Origin: Nitrosopumilus sp.
GTDB lineage: Archaea > Thermoproteota > Nitrososphaeria > Nitrososphaerales > Nitrosopumilaceae
Reading direction: 5' to 3'
Assembly: GCA_965207445.1 (NCBI GenBank)
Contig: CBDBLX010000002.1
Location: 384,001-448,000 of the forward strand
Length of the DNA stretch: 64,000 nt
In this document: positions 22,756-33,598 of the stretch, one piece after another
How the letters are laid out: every line of letters starts with the position of its first letter
Position numbering within the stretch: the first letter of the stretch is position 1
Notes under the pieces: model-generated
What the model saw: only the letters and a program-made list of their open reading frames with translations
Told to the model about the DNA's origin: nothing
Databases searched by the model: none
Translations under genes and position numbers: made by a program

Positions 22756-23388
22756 ATGTCATTTGGTCAGAATGTTGCAACAACAAAGATAGAGCTCTTC
22801 AAGTACAAACGCTCAAGCCAAGTTGCCACCATGGTTCAAAAGATACTTGATGACAAACGAAAGGTGCTCTTGAAGAATATTGAAGAGATGATTGATGAAG
22901 CATCAAAGGCCCGCGGTGGGATCTGGGACCCACTACAAGACATCTACACGTCAGTTAATGAAGCATATTTGGCACTTGGTACATCGACTGTCGATACTGT
23001 TGCAGAGTCTACACCACCGATCATGCAAGTGTCAGTCAAGGTACGTCGTGTTGTAGATGTCAAGATTCCAACATTGACAGTCACAGAAAAGGATACTGGT
23101 ATGCTACCATATGGTTTTACTGATACTAACTCTTCTATTGATAGGGCAGCAAAGCAGATAAAAGAACTGTTGCCGAGCATATGCAAAGCGGCCGAATATG
23201 AGAACTCTATATTCAGTTTGGCCAAAGCACTTGAAAAGACCCAGAAACTACTCAACGCACTTGAAAATGTCATTATTCCACAGTACACGCAACATATACG
23301 ATTTATTCTAGCCACACTAGAGGAGAGAGAACGAGAAGAATTCGCAAAGTTAAAAAAAGTAAAGGCTGCAATGGAGAGTAGAAAGTAA
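22756..23388 (+). CDS. atpD: A/V-type ATP synthase subunit D
   Basis: LDDKRKVL, NALENVIIP, LEEREREEF. Confidence 0.95.
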   Translation: MSFGQNVATTKIELFKYKRSSQVATMVQKILDDKRKVLLKNIEEMIDEASKARGGIWDPLQDIYTSVNEAYLALGTSTVDTVAESTPPIMQVSVKVRRVVDVKIPTLTVTEKDTGMLPYGFTDTNSSIDRAAKQIKELLPSICKAAEYENSIFSLAKALEKTQKLLNALENVIIPQYTQHIRFILATLEEREREEFAKLKKVKAAMESRK

Positions 23389-23516
23389 TGCCCAAGACAG
23401 ATATCAAAGAACTAGTAGAAGAATCAAAAAAACAGTTGGAACAGGATAGTAAAAAATTCACAGAATCTATAAAGACAGATTTAGACTCATTTAAGAAAAA
23501 AGCATTAGGTCAATAA
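23388..23516 (+). CDS. Small charged helical protein coupled to atpD (42 aa; absent from the ORF track)
   Basis: TAATG overlap with the atpD stop; MPKTDIKELVEESKKQLEQDSKKFTESIKTDLDSFKKKALGQ*. Confidence 0.7.
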   Translation: MPKTDIKELVEESKKQLEQDSKKFTESIKTDLDSFKKKALGQ

Positions 23517-23818
23517 TAATTATCATCATATATTTTTTGTAAGCACAATAATGATGTGAAATTTGTCGTGTAATTGTGTACGTTGACTAATCTTGTTGTG
23601 GTTGCAGTTGCGGTTGTTGTGGTCAGATTAGAATCTTGTCATCTATTATGACAAAAAATATACGTTTTGAGTTTTCCAAGTTTTTAAAGAATAAATTTTG
23701 AAATGCATGTAAAGATGATATCAAATTTTACTATATCTGGTAGACCCACTAAATTCTTTTGCAACGATTGGATCTTGGCATTAACACATGGCATCAAACG
23801 TCGATTAAAAGATTAATG

Positions 23819-23963
23819 GTGTGAACCAAGATCCATGACTGATATAATCATTTAAAAGTAACTTAGTCAAATGTAGTGTATACACGATATTCAATATGCA
23901 AAAAGATGTGACCAACTGCAAATATGTGCTTTTATTATTGCATCCACAGATCTTGGCTCACAC
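23819..23963. mobile_element. ~145-bp MITE, family C
   Basis: TIR gtgtgaaccaagatc / gatcttggctcacac; homologous to 29551-29699 and 46403-46551. Confidence 0.8.
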
Positions 23964-24631
23964 TTTCCTACTTAATTATTCAAGCTAACCAATTTGGAGT
24001 ACAAAAATGACAAAATAAAACACCATCGAAGAAAGCTAGAGATGAGAACCGTAATGCGTCCAAGAAAGATAAGAGATGGTGATTCAACGAACAGATCAAT
24101 ACTGTTACAGAAAAAACAGTAAGACAGCAAATCAACGTAGTAAGTTCAACTCCCGTGTTGCCTACACTAAAAGTTAGGCGATGAATCTGTGTCTAAACTT
24201 GAGAATGAGTTGAACGGTTACTATCAACTGAGTTTACCAAAAGAACTTGGTATTGTACTGTTTTTAATCATAATAATAATAATAATGACAATGATGATAG
24301 TGAGAATTAATGTTTGTATCATATAATAACACCGATCCATAAATTGACACATGTTTGGTGTATCTATCGCATGCACAATACACACCAAATCCACATGTCC
24401 ATCCTATACTACTGATGTAATTATTCATTTATGTATCTAGATATATGTCAACTAACTGAATCTGTTCATTACAATTATAATTTATGCATGGTTTTATACC
24501 TGATATTTGTACATTTTCATATTTAGGTATATTTGAATTATCGAAACCATGACTTTGGTCGCCAAATATAAGATTATTTAAATATAAAAAATAATTAATC
24601 AAGCACCATGGTTTAAATAAGGACTTTCGAG

Positions 24632-24958
24632 ATGCCAAATTATAACATGAAACCGATAGTTTTGGTGCTTTTCGCAATAGCAGTAATATCGATTACTGGT
24701 TCAACCGGCCTCGCATATGCCGCTGAGGGCGATGCTTCATCATCTAGCTCTGACTCTATGAAGATTCTAGGTGCAGGGTTAGCCTTTGGAATGGCAGCCT
24801 TTGGTGCAGGAATAGGTCTAGGACAGGTAGGTGTAGCAGGACTTGCAGTAATCAGTGAGAATCCTGCCCTGCAATCAAAGGTATTCATATTTGTGGGCAT
24901 GGTGGAATCGATTGCCATTTATGGTATCGTCATGATGTTCATTATATTGGGACAATAA
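24632..24958 (+). CDS. atpK: A/V-type ATP synthase proteolipid subunit K (c) with leader peptide
   Basis: GAGIGLGQVG, ENP loop, conserved Glu in MVESIAIYG. Confidence 0.95.
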   Translation: MPNYNMKPIVLVLFAIAVISITGSTGLAYAAEGDASSSSSDSMKILGAGLAFGMAAFGAGIGLGQVGVAGLAVISENPALQSKVFIFVGMVESIAIYGIVMMFIILGQ

Positions 24959-25077
24959 ATCCCCCGTCTTTTCTTCTCTACACTTTTTAGTTATTTGATT
25001 TGTTGTTTGCTGTTGCTAATTTTGGGTATAGGTAGTTTTTGTTGTTAGTTTGTTTACTAGTTGTAGTTTGTTTGCTA

Positions 25078-25539
25078 TTAATTATATCTCAACTTGTCAA
25101 CATCAAGTGTCCTTGAGCAATATCTGCACCCGAGAACTCTGTTCTCTTTATCTATTACATCCATTACCGATTCGATCTTCTCAGTACTGTTTGTAATACA
25201 GTCTGGATTACTGCATCGAAATATGCGGTCGATCTCATTTGGAAGAGATACTCGGCGTTTCTCTACTAGTCTATAGTCTTTGATCATATTGATTGTGGCC
25301 TTTGGTGCTATAACTGCTAGTTTGTTGGTATCATCATCCTCAAGAAATCTATCCTCTACCTTTATGATATCCTTTTTTTTAAACTTACCACTAGGAACAT
25401 TTAGCGCAACTGTAATCAAACTACCATCCGTACCATCTATTTGCAATGCATTGAGAACTTTGAGTCCCATACCGCCCTCAATATGATCGATGACTGTGCC
25501 TCTCTTTATTCGGCGTACAAGTAGATCTGATTGCTCCAT
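25078..25539 (-). CDS. pyrI: Aspartate carbamoyltransferase regulatory chain
   Basis: GTVIDHI, KKDIIKVE, CSNPDCITN, CRYC. Confidence 0.96.
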   Translation of the reverse strand: MEQSDLLVRRIKRGTVIDHIEGGMGLKVLNALQIDGTDGSLITVALNVPSGKFKKKDIIKVEDRFLEDDDTNKLAVIAPKATINMIKDYRLVEKRRVSLPNEIDRIFRCSNPDCITNSTEKIESVMDVIDKENRVLGCRYCSRTLDVDKLRYN

Positions 25540-25575
25540 AAAGATTTTTTATATCACTTGTATATAATATAAAAA

Positions 25576-26523
25576 GTGAAAGACGACTTTTATCATAATA
25601 ACGTAATCTCGATTAAAGACTTTGATCGTGGCAATCTTGAGACCATATTCACTGCTACTGATCGCATGCTAGAGTTGTCACCTGATGCGCGCCGTCAACT
25701 GTGTCGTGGCTCTACACTAGGATACCTCTTTTATGAACCTAGTACTCGAACACGTCTTAGTTTTGATGCTGCAATATCGACAATTGGGGGAAACTCACTT
25801 GGGATATCAGACATCTCATCATCATCCATACACAAGGGTGAGAGTCTTGCAGATACAGTAAGAGTGATGTCAACATACTCTGATGTACTAGTACTGCGAC
25901 ATCCACTTGATGGCTCTAGTAAATTTGCATCCGAAGTGTCATCAAAGCCAGTCATTAATGCAGGAAGTGGTACAGAAGAGCATCCAACACAGGCCATGCA
26001 GGACCTATTTACAATCAGACGTGAAAAGAGAAAGATTGATGGATTGAACATTGGAATAATTGGTGACTTAAAGTATGGTCGTACTGTTTACTCACTATTA
26101 TATGGTCTTGGAAACTATGATGTCAATGTAAATCTAATATCCCCTGAATCCTTACGCATCCGTTCGAACTCTGTATATGAGATTAAGAAAAAATTAGACT
26201 TTACAGAATCTACTGACATTACAGAATACATTGAGGACATTGATGTACTGTACGTGACACGTATTCAAAAAGAGCGATTCCCAGATGTAGAAGAATATCT
26301 CAAGGTAAGGGGTAGTTATGTTGTGGGAATGGATCTATTAAAACAGATGAAAAAAGACTCTATAATACTTCATCCTCTACCACGAATCGATGAGATATCA
26401 CCTGATGTTGACAAGACACAGAATGCAAAGTACTTTGATCAGGCCAAATATGGAATGTACACCCGTGCTGCATTATTAAATTTGATACTAGTGGGGCAAA
26501 ATGCCTCAAATATGGTGGTTTGA
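25576..26523 (+). CDS. pyrB: Aspartate carbamoyltransferase catalytic chain
   Basis: FYEPSTRTRLSF, HPTQ, GDLKYGRTV, HPLPR. Confidence 0.97.
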   Translation: MKDDFYHNNVISIKDFDRGNLETIFTATDRMLELSPDARRQLCRGSTLGYLFYEPSTRTRLSFDAAISTIGGNSLGISDISSSSIHKGESLADTVRVMSTYSDVLVLRHPLDGSSKFASEVSSKPVINAGSGTEEHPTQAMQDLFTIRREKRKIDGLNIGIIGDLKYGRTVYSLLYGLGNYDVNVNLISPESLRIRSNSVYEIKKKLDFTESTDITEYIEDIDVLYVTRIQKERFPDVEEYLKVRGSYVVGMDLLKQMKKDSIILHPLPRIDEISPDVDKTQNAKYFDQAKYGMYTRAALLNLILVGQNASNMVV

Positions 26524-26550
26524 TATGTTGTGTGTTATTGAGGATGATAT

Positions 26551-27312
26551 GTGATGAGCACTATTACCATTCCGTTGTTTCCACTTGATTTAGTTTTGTT
26601 TCCAAGACAGCACCTTCAATTACATGTATTTGAGCCACGATACAAGCAGCTAGTAGATGATTGCATGTTAGATGACAAGCAGTTTGGTGTGTGTCTGATA
26701 AATGACAATGAGTCTATACTTGGGTGGAGTATGCCTTATAAAATTGGCACACTAGCTAAAATTGTAAAGTGTGATGACGTTGGTCTTGATGGTTTACAAT
26801 TAAAACTTGACGTTGTTGGACGAAATCCATTTCGCATAGTTGATATAATAAATCCATCTTTGCCACATCCGCATGAGTATGATCCGCTGTCAGTAGAAGG
26901 ACACCAACTTGTATCTGAGATGAACCAAAAATCATCAGATGGTAAAATGTACATACGGGCAAATGTAGAGATGCTTCCTGAGATTGATGGTGATGTATCG
27001 TTGTCTGCATGGGAAAATTTGGTCTTTTTGTGGAAGCAAAATGTCTTATCTCATACAAAATCTGCACATGTAACAATGCATGCACTTGATGATGTGCTAA
27101 AACAATATTATTTGTTAACTGATACTCCCACTACTGAATATGTGTATAGTTTGTGTGCACTTGCCTCATCAGAACCATTAGATCTTCAGGTGTTATTAGA
27201 GTCAACTGTCACTGATGAACTATTACAAAAGGCAATGGAGTTGATGCGCCGTGGTGGTGGTGGTAATACTAATGGTACTGACGACCGTGGTAATATTATA
27301 CCATTAAATTAA
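26551..27312 (+). CDS. LON peptidase substrate-binding domain protein
   Basis: IPLFPLDLVLFP...LHVFEPRYKQLV. Confidence 0.88.
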   Translation: MMSTITIPLFPLDLVLFPRQHLQLHVFEPRYKQLVDDCMLDDKQFGVCLINDNESILGWSMPYKIGTLAKIVKCDDVGLDGLQLKLDVVGRNPFRIVDIINPSLPHPHEYDPLSVEGHQLVSEMNQKSSDGKMYIRANVEMLPEIDGDVSLSAWENLVFLWKQNVLSHTKSAHVTMHALDDVLKQYYLLTDTPTTEYVYSLCALASSEPLDLQVLLESTVTDELLQKAMELMRRGGGGNTNGTDDRGNIIPLN

Positions 27313-27349
27313 ATTACTAAGTTTGTTTGTAAAATAATTTCTTATATGT

Positions 27350-28921
27350 GTGAAAACATCTAGACAGCATTTTATATATAGTGTTTCTCTTTATAGTATG
27401 GTGCAATGTCTGTCTATTCATACCATTTTTCGTACTAGTCGCGTCATGTATAATTTGCTGGTTCCATCAAGTATGTCAATTGTATTGGCTTTACTATTGT
27501 TTATAAATATGACCATTTATGATGATAAACTTGAGAATATTTTCATAGAAACCACAACATCTTCATTTTTACTACCTGCTGCTTTTGGACACGGTTTGGG
27601 TGTTGACCGCATATCCTCTGTTCATATAGGTGATCAAACGATCAATATCACAGTTGAGATGCCACAAGAGTTTACAGGTAGTGATACTGAACAAATAACA
27701 ATAACTGCTACTGACTCGATCACAGACAAAGGCATAAACGATATTACTTATTTGCTTGGCATAACTCATAACAATAAAACTATATTTCGAGATTACTTTT
27801 ATGCCAAAAATGATGTGCTATCTCTTGATATTGAAACTACAACAATGAGCAATGATCCTAAAATAATAGGTATGCAAGATGGCTCATTAAATGCATGGCA
27901 ACCACTACTACTACAACAAGAGGGCAATGCTAACTCTATTAGAATAAACGACTCTGCATTTGGTGCAAGTGGATTATACACATTTGATATTGCAGTATAT
28001 GGTTTAGGCCAGATGCCCATAACATCTGACCCTGTCACACATTATGCTGACTTGAGTGTAATCGAGTCTGCGACATCTTTTCAGACGAGTTCTGATGGTA
28101 GTATGGTTTCATTTGGCACAAAGTCATACTTTGATAATGTAGAGGATATCACATATGATGCACAAAATGGCAAAGTTGTGCTCGTAATGCCATTTGATTG
28201 GCGTGAGAGTAGAATGTCTCACATACCTGTTGTTCATGTAGAGACACATTTTCCAAAAGACTTTTTGGAGTTTAACTCACTTGGGTATGAGGGGTTTGTA
28301 AATGGTATCAAACTTTTCAAATCTTCACTAGTGATTGATGATTATACTCTTTCAGATCAAAGAACGATTCATTTTATCTTGTTGCAAGATCATATCAGAT
28401 TTCTTAAAAATGAGATGAAAAAGACCGGTGAGCCGTTTCCAGATACTATGACATTTGAAATCAAGATGGTCGACAAGGTGGATTTTCCACTTGTTGCATA
28501 TACAATAAGTGAAGATTTCCTTGTAAATCTGTCGTGGGATCCGCTTGAGATAGAACCAAATGAGGAGATTACTTTTGTTTTCACCATACGTGATGGCACC
28601 ACAGGTGAGCCTCTTAGAAATTCTGACTATACATTTGTTATAGAACAAAATGGACAAGAAATTTTTAAAAAGACAGATAGAGCGCAAATAGGGGGTCAAT
28701 TTATCAAATTCACATTTGGTGAAGATCAGACAGGGCCAACTTCAATCAAATTTGAGAATATACGAGGTACTGGCCAAGAGACCGAATTTGGGATACTTGT
28801 AGTGCCTGAATTTGGATATATTGTGATATTTGTACTTGCAGGTGCGACTGCTATGATATTGGTCTTGTCGCGTCTGTGTAATAATATGTCTACATGTTTT
28901 ATATCTCATACTAGAACGTGA
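27350..28921 (+). CDS. PEFG-CTERM sorted surface protein
   Basis: C-terminal VPEFG followed by a TM helix; AFG|HG cleavage-like site. The start is uncertain and probably later. Confidence 0.82.
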   Translation: MKTSRQHFIYSVSLYSMVQCLSIHTIFRTSRVMYNLLVPSSMSIVLALLLFINMTIYDDKLENIFIETTTSSFLLPAAFGHGLGVDRISSVHIGDQTINITVEMPQEFTGSDTEQITITATDSITDKGINDITYLLGITHNNKTIFRDYFYAKNDVLSLDIETTTMSNDPKIIGMQDGSLNAWQPLLLQQEGNANSIRINDSAFGASGLYTFDIAVYGLGQMPITSDPVTHYADLSVIESATSFQTSSDGSMVSFGTKSYFDNVEDITYDAQNGKVVLVMPFDWRESRMSHIPVVHVETHFPKDFLEFNSLGYEGFVNGIKLFKSSLVIDDYTLSDQRTIHFILLQDHIRFLKNEMKKTGEPFPDTMTFEIKMVDKVDFPLVAYTISEDFLVNLSWDPLEIEPNEEITFVFTIRDGTTGEPLRNSDYTFVIEQNGQEIFKKTDRAQIGGQFIKFTFGEDQTGPTSIKFENIRGTGQETEFGILVVPEFGYIVIFVLAGATAMILVLSRLCNNMSTCFISHTRT

Positions 28922-29294
28922 CTAGTTCAACTGAGTTCATGTGCCTATTATTCTTGTATGTGTTTGTCATTTTTGTAATCTCGTTTGCATCCCCTCGTAA
29001 TACAAAGAGATCCATGCATTTGTTACCTTCAAATTTACTGTGCATCTTGGTAGTTATGACATCTTCATATTCACTTCCTAATTCTGCTGCTATATTGTCT
29101 GCTTCGTCATAATGTATTACTAGTAGTATGGCGTTTATTGTCCCCTTTAATTTTGATTTTTTCTTCTCATCTGCAACAAATGTTCTAATTCCGGCCCTGA
29201 TTATATCTGAGCGTCCAGAAAATCCTAGTGACTTTTGGTAGTTATCAAGCTCAGATAAAATTTGTTCACTAAGTGATATAGATACGATTGCCAT
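28911..29294 (-). CDS. NikR/CopG-family ribbon-helix-helix metal-responsive regulator
   Basis: MAIVSISL...GFSGRSDIIRAGIR followed by an ACT-like domain with H...C. Confidence 0.88.
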   Translation of the reverse strand: MAIVSISLSEQILSELDNYQKSLGFSGRSDIIRAGIRTFVADEKKKSKLKGTINAILLVIHYDEADNIAAELGSEYEDVITTKMHSKFEGNKCMDLFVLRGDANEITKMTNTYKNNRHMNSVELVTF

Positions 29295-29550
29295 TTCCTC
29301 TTAATTATTAAATATGTGGTTTGTATTTATTATTTTGTTATTTATAATATGATCAATTGTTTTAATTTTTTTAGTTACGATATTTGCTATCTTGATAATT
29401 ATAATATGTATATATGAAAATTAGATACTTGATATATGATAAATGAAGATTGTTGGTAAAAATGTGTGTAATTTATCTACATTATATGTATATATTAAAT
29501 ATACGTACCAATATGATATATGCGTATGGTCTATCAAAAGAAAAAAAATG

Positions 29551-29699
29551 GTGTGAACCAATCTCCATGATTGATATGATTATTTAAAAATAACTCCTAG
29601 CCAAATGTATCGCATGCATGGTGCTCAATATACGAGCAGGGATGTGACCAAATACAAATATATGATTTCATTATTACATCCAAAGAGCTTGGTTTACAC
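29551..29699. mobile_element. ~149-bp MITE, family C
   Basis: gtgtgaaccaa...cttggtttacac. Confidence 0.8.
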
Positions 29700-30032
29700 C
29701 GACAGTCTAATACCATAAGGACAAAGGTGAAACGACTCTAAGGAGTCACTCCGTCGAGACTCTAAGGAATCTCTCCTTTATCTGACAGATAATACACCTC
29801 ATTCATATTTTAATGCTCGGTTACCGGGAGATTGGTGCGTAGTAAGCGTTCAGGTCTAATTATTGATGATCATAAGCAGGCACGCCAGCACGGGTCAATT
29901 AATGATATTGCAGAGGATAATCCAGAATTGATTATATCTAGATGTAAGGTGATGGGTATGATAGTCCGAATTGTGAGTTATGTAAATTTTAGCAGTTGAT
30001 ATGATGTAAAATTTTAGGTGTTGTGACTAGAT

Positions 30033-30413
30033 GGAGGTTGGTGCGTAATTGACATTAGGCCTGCCTGTGACCCTTCTGTGAGCTTGGTTTATTGTACATT
30101 CAATCTACAAAAGACTGAAATCTATCTATAGTGCGTTTTGTTTTTGAATATACATGTGTGTTTTAGCAGACAGATTATAGAACATGAAACATGCAAGTGT
30201 GATAGCAGTCACTATCATTCGTATGATGGAATTTTTTGCCCTTTTTCATGAGCGCAGATAAATCTGTTCAGGACGTTGATATTCCATGCAATCGATAATA
30301 TTTTACCAAACCGCTTTCTGTTTTCGGCCAGACGCATACGACAGTGTAGCCTGTGATTCTTTGTTTCTTCTGCTCCAAATATTGCCTCGATAAGTGCGCG
30401 TTGTTTGTATGCA
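30033..30413 (-). mobile_element. Right-end fragment of the family B IS
   Basis: Reverse-complement match to ~60790-61175; begins ggaggttggtgcgtaatt. Confidence 0.85.
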
Positions 30414-30522
30414 TACTGATATGATTAAAGATCCGATATTTTGATTGGTATTCATCTCGAAGTTGAGCATGTATTATGAATACAAAATATTAGAAAACCA
30501 TCGGATCTTTAATGAAACTATT
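30414..30522 (+). mobile_element. 109-bp MITE family A, copy 3
   Basis: Same length and inverted repeats; flanks atgca/aggca. Confidence 0.9.
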
Positions 30523-30988
30523 AGGCATTACGCTTGCACCTCCCATCTGATCGCATGTATCATGGTTAAATTCCCATTGTACAATATTGTATTGTTGATG
30601 TTTCTATTTGTCATTTTTGTCGGATAATGACAAATAGCGATATCTCCTTATAACCATGTTGTCTGTATATTTAATATCGTGCTCGAGGGTTGAAACAAAC
30701 GTGCCTATTTATGATCATCAATAATTAGACCTGAACGTTTACCTATGCAACAAACTATATTTTTTAAAGAGTTATGTGATAGAAATTTTAATTACTTTTA
30801 TGGCAAATTGCACACCAATACCCAATGCAGATATGGACGCTGCAACTGATTGTTCTAGTACAAGTCACGTATTACAAAATATTGAACTTACACTTAGATA
30901 TTGCAATGAAGCAAATGTTAAAACAGAGTTAGAATCACAACGGGGGGTTCTTTTTCAACGCCAAATTGATCTTGGGTGTTAAAATACA

Positions 30989-31866
30989 ATGAATACACAA
31001 GCCCTCATTTCTTTGCATAATATAAGAAAAAACATTCTTGCTAAATCTCCTTCAAATCTTTTATTTTTTGCCTTGTTCGGCTCGCAAGTCAGAGGTACAG
31101 AACGCCCAGACAGTGATTTGGATTTTCTTTATGTAGTGAAAGATTTTGAAAAAGAGGATGAAATTACACAAAGTAAAGTAAGTGAGATTGTGCGAGCTAA
31201 TGGAGGCCTGCAAACTTTAACGCGTCTTCGGTCTGATAAAAAAGGCATCTATAATGAAATGAATATTTATGGCACTGTAAATTATAGAGTTATGCGGGGT
31301 GAAGATACCATGATATTATACAAACAGTTTGATTTTAAAATAGAAAAAAAGTGCCGAGTTTTATTTTCACTCTGCACTTGCTTTTCAAAGTGATATTATA
31401 CAAACACCCAGAGTTTGACTTACCTTTAATAAATAAAATAGATTTTAAAAAAAGTGCCGAGTTTTATTTTCACTCTGCACTTGTTTCAATTGCTTTGTCA
31501 AAAGAACCTGCAACAAATTTTTATCCACCAGGTACAATCTGCTCTCGTATGTATAATATAATTAATGATTTGTTAAAAACTTGTCTTTTATATGGAAAAA
31601 TAAAATTCCCTTTTACAAAGGATTTACATGTACTTTATGAGATGCTTCCCTTAAATCACAAGCCTAAATTAAATATGGATGTAATACAGGGTTGGGATGA
31701 TTATATTTATGAGCGTTATAGAAAGAAAGACAGTTGGACAAAAAAAGAGGCTAGCCAAGCTAGACGCATTTCTACATATTTTTTAAATTATGTCAGAGAA
31801 AATTATCCCGTATCAAAACAAAATTTTGACTTGAAAAAATTTAAAAAAGAAAATAATTTACTTTAA
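30989..31866 (+). pseudogene. MNT (nucleotidyltransferase)-HEPN fusion split by an imperfect tandem duplication
   Basis: LFGSQVRG...DSDLD in ORF 30989-31393; LLKTCL...FPFTKDL...YERY in ORF 31351-31866; 31311-31380 duplicates 31391-31483. Confidence 0.75.
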
Positions 31867-31914
31867 TTATATTTTTATGAATATCACCAAGGCGTAAATA
31901 CAATCATTAATCAT

Positions 31915-32440
31915 GTGTGAACCAACCCATTTTGGCATAATAACAAGATCACATATTTTTAAGATATATCATCAGACGGTGGGCCAATGATTTTACACAA
32001 CTCCCACCAGACATTTAGTCCACGCAGCTTCCACGTCTCAACACAACTAAATATTACACAGAGATTCTCTGCCCCCTTGTCACTCTTCAACTGTAGATGA
32101 CTGTTCCTCTGACCTAATAGGTTTCATTGACTGTTCTCCAAGATTTGTGGTAGAGTAGACAAATGGATACAAAATAAATGTAAAAAGTTCGGGCGCTGCA
32201 TTTTCTAGTGTGGTGCCAAACTTTTTCATTATTTCATATCTGCTTTGTCTGGTCTTTTTTGACTCATAGTATTGGTAAAAACCTTTGATCATATAAGTGT
32301 ATTTATTGTTTCCACTGATTTAGATAGATTAATTTAAATATGAGAAAAAATATTATCGTAAAACCTTAAAATCTAAATTATTTTATTTACTCATATTCAA
32401 ATTTTAAATGAATATATCAGTCAGAGAGGTTGGTTCACAC
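31915..32440 (-). mobile_element. 526-bp non-autonomous family C element with IS66-like transposase C-terminal remnant
   Basis: TIR gtgtgaaccaacc / ggttggttcacac; the remnant LENAAPELFTFILYPFVYSTTNLGEQSMKP resembles the IS66 PTNNxAERxLR region. Confidence 0.75.
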
Positions 32441-32602
32441 AAAAAATGTAATGATGGATGATTCTCTCATATATGGTGCTCATATATGGTGCTCATATAC
32501 GGTACTCGTATACGATACTTGAGTCCAACCCATCCCCACAAACATTTTCTTTCCTAGTCTGAAACCCACTAAATTATAATACAGTCAAATAATACCTGAT
32601 AC

Positions 32603-33598
32603 ATGGTGGGATCATCATCCAAAAAAAAGATAAGATTTGCAATTCCAAAAGGATCGTTAGAATCTGCAACATTTAACATACTTGAGCGGTCTTGGACTAG
32701 TGTAAAACGTAAAGATCGCACGTATCGCGTATATCTTGATGATCCAAACATTATAGTAAAAATGCTCAGGCCACAAGAGATACCTGTCTTAGTCGAAGAA
32801 GGGCTGTATGATGTTGGGATTACCGGCAAGGATTGGGTAGGGGAGACCAACTCTGATGTAGATGCAGTGCTTGATTTAGAATATGGCAAGATTCGACTAA
32901 TAGTAGCATTTCCTGACAAATATCGATACAAGAAACTCGATGACATGGTTGCAGACTATGCCAAAAAGAAAAAGATATTGCGTATATCATCAGAGTATTT
33001 GACAACAACATCAAAGTTTATCAAAAATCTGCCCATGTACAAAAAATACTATGGGACAAAAAGTCCACTTATAGTAACCCCGTGGGTAAAACTAGGAACA
33101 AACAACGACGTTCAAATACACTTATCTTTTGGCGCAACAGAGGCAAAACCCCCTGAAGAAGTTGACTGTATTGTGGATGTGACAGAGACCGGCACTACGC
33201 TCAGACAGAACAAACTAACTATTGCCGATGAGATCTTGACATCGACTGCACATCTTATTGCAAACAAAAATTCCCTTACAGACGCGCACAAACGTGAAAA
33301 GATCTATGATATAATTACATTAATGCGAGGCGCGGTACATGGTATCAAATATCTACACTTGTATCTGAATGTAGAAGAAAAAAATCTCAATGAACTTCTC
33401 ACCAAGATACCTTCCCTCAAAAAACCAACCATTAGTAATCTAAGTGAGTCGGGATGGTTTGGCATCAATACTGTAATTCTTAAAGAAGATTTTTACAAAT
33501 TAATACCAATGCTACGAAAAATAGCGCAGGGGTTAGTCGTTCATGAACCACGTCAAATCTTAGAATTAGAGGAGATAAAACGAGATGAAGAGAATTGA
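32603..33598 (+). CDS. hisG: ATP phosphoribosyltransferase (long form)
   Basis: AIPKGSL, RPQEIP, DVGITGKD, GATE, DVTETGTTLRQN. Confidence 0.96.
   Translation: MVGSSSKKKIRFAIPKGSLESATFNILERSWTSVKRKDRTYRVYLDDPNIIVKMLRPQEIPVLVEEGLYDVGITGKDWVGETNSDVDAVLDLEYGKIRLIVAFPDKYRYKKLDDMVADYAKKKKILRISSEYLTTTSKFIKNLPMYKKYYGTKSPLIVTPWVKLGTNNDVQIHLSFGATEAKPPEEVDCIVDVTETGTTLRQNKLTIADEILTSTAHLIANKNSLTDAHKREKIYDIITLMRGAVHGIKYLHLYLNVEEKNLNELLTKIPSLKKPTISNLSESGWFGINTVILKEDFYKLIPMLRKIAQGLVVHEPRQILELEEIKRDEEN

Larger units (their letters stand above)
29842..30742. mobile_element. Segment bounded by inverted IS66-like ends, with nested elements
   Basis: gtaagcgttcaggtctaattattgatgatcata at 29842 and its inverse ending at 30742. 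Confidence 0.6.

Noticed and set aside
5680..24958. Split ATP synthase cluster as a novel rearrangement
   Set aside because: To my knowledge a divergent atpI and a separate atpC near amt is the usual arrangement in this lineage; not verified by search.
32470..32522. 13-bp tandem repeat upstream of hisG as an attenuator or operator
   Set aside because: Similar short tandem repeats occur in many intergenic regions (e.g. ~4940, ~18815), consistent with general slippage; no His-rich leader seen.
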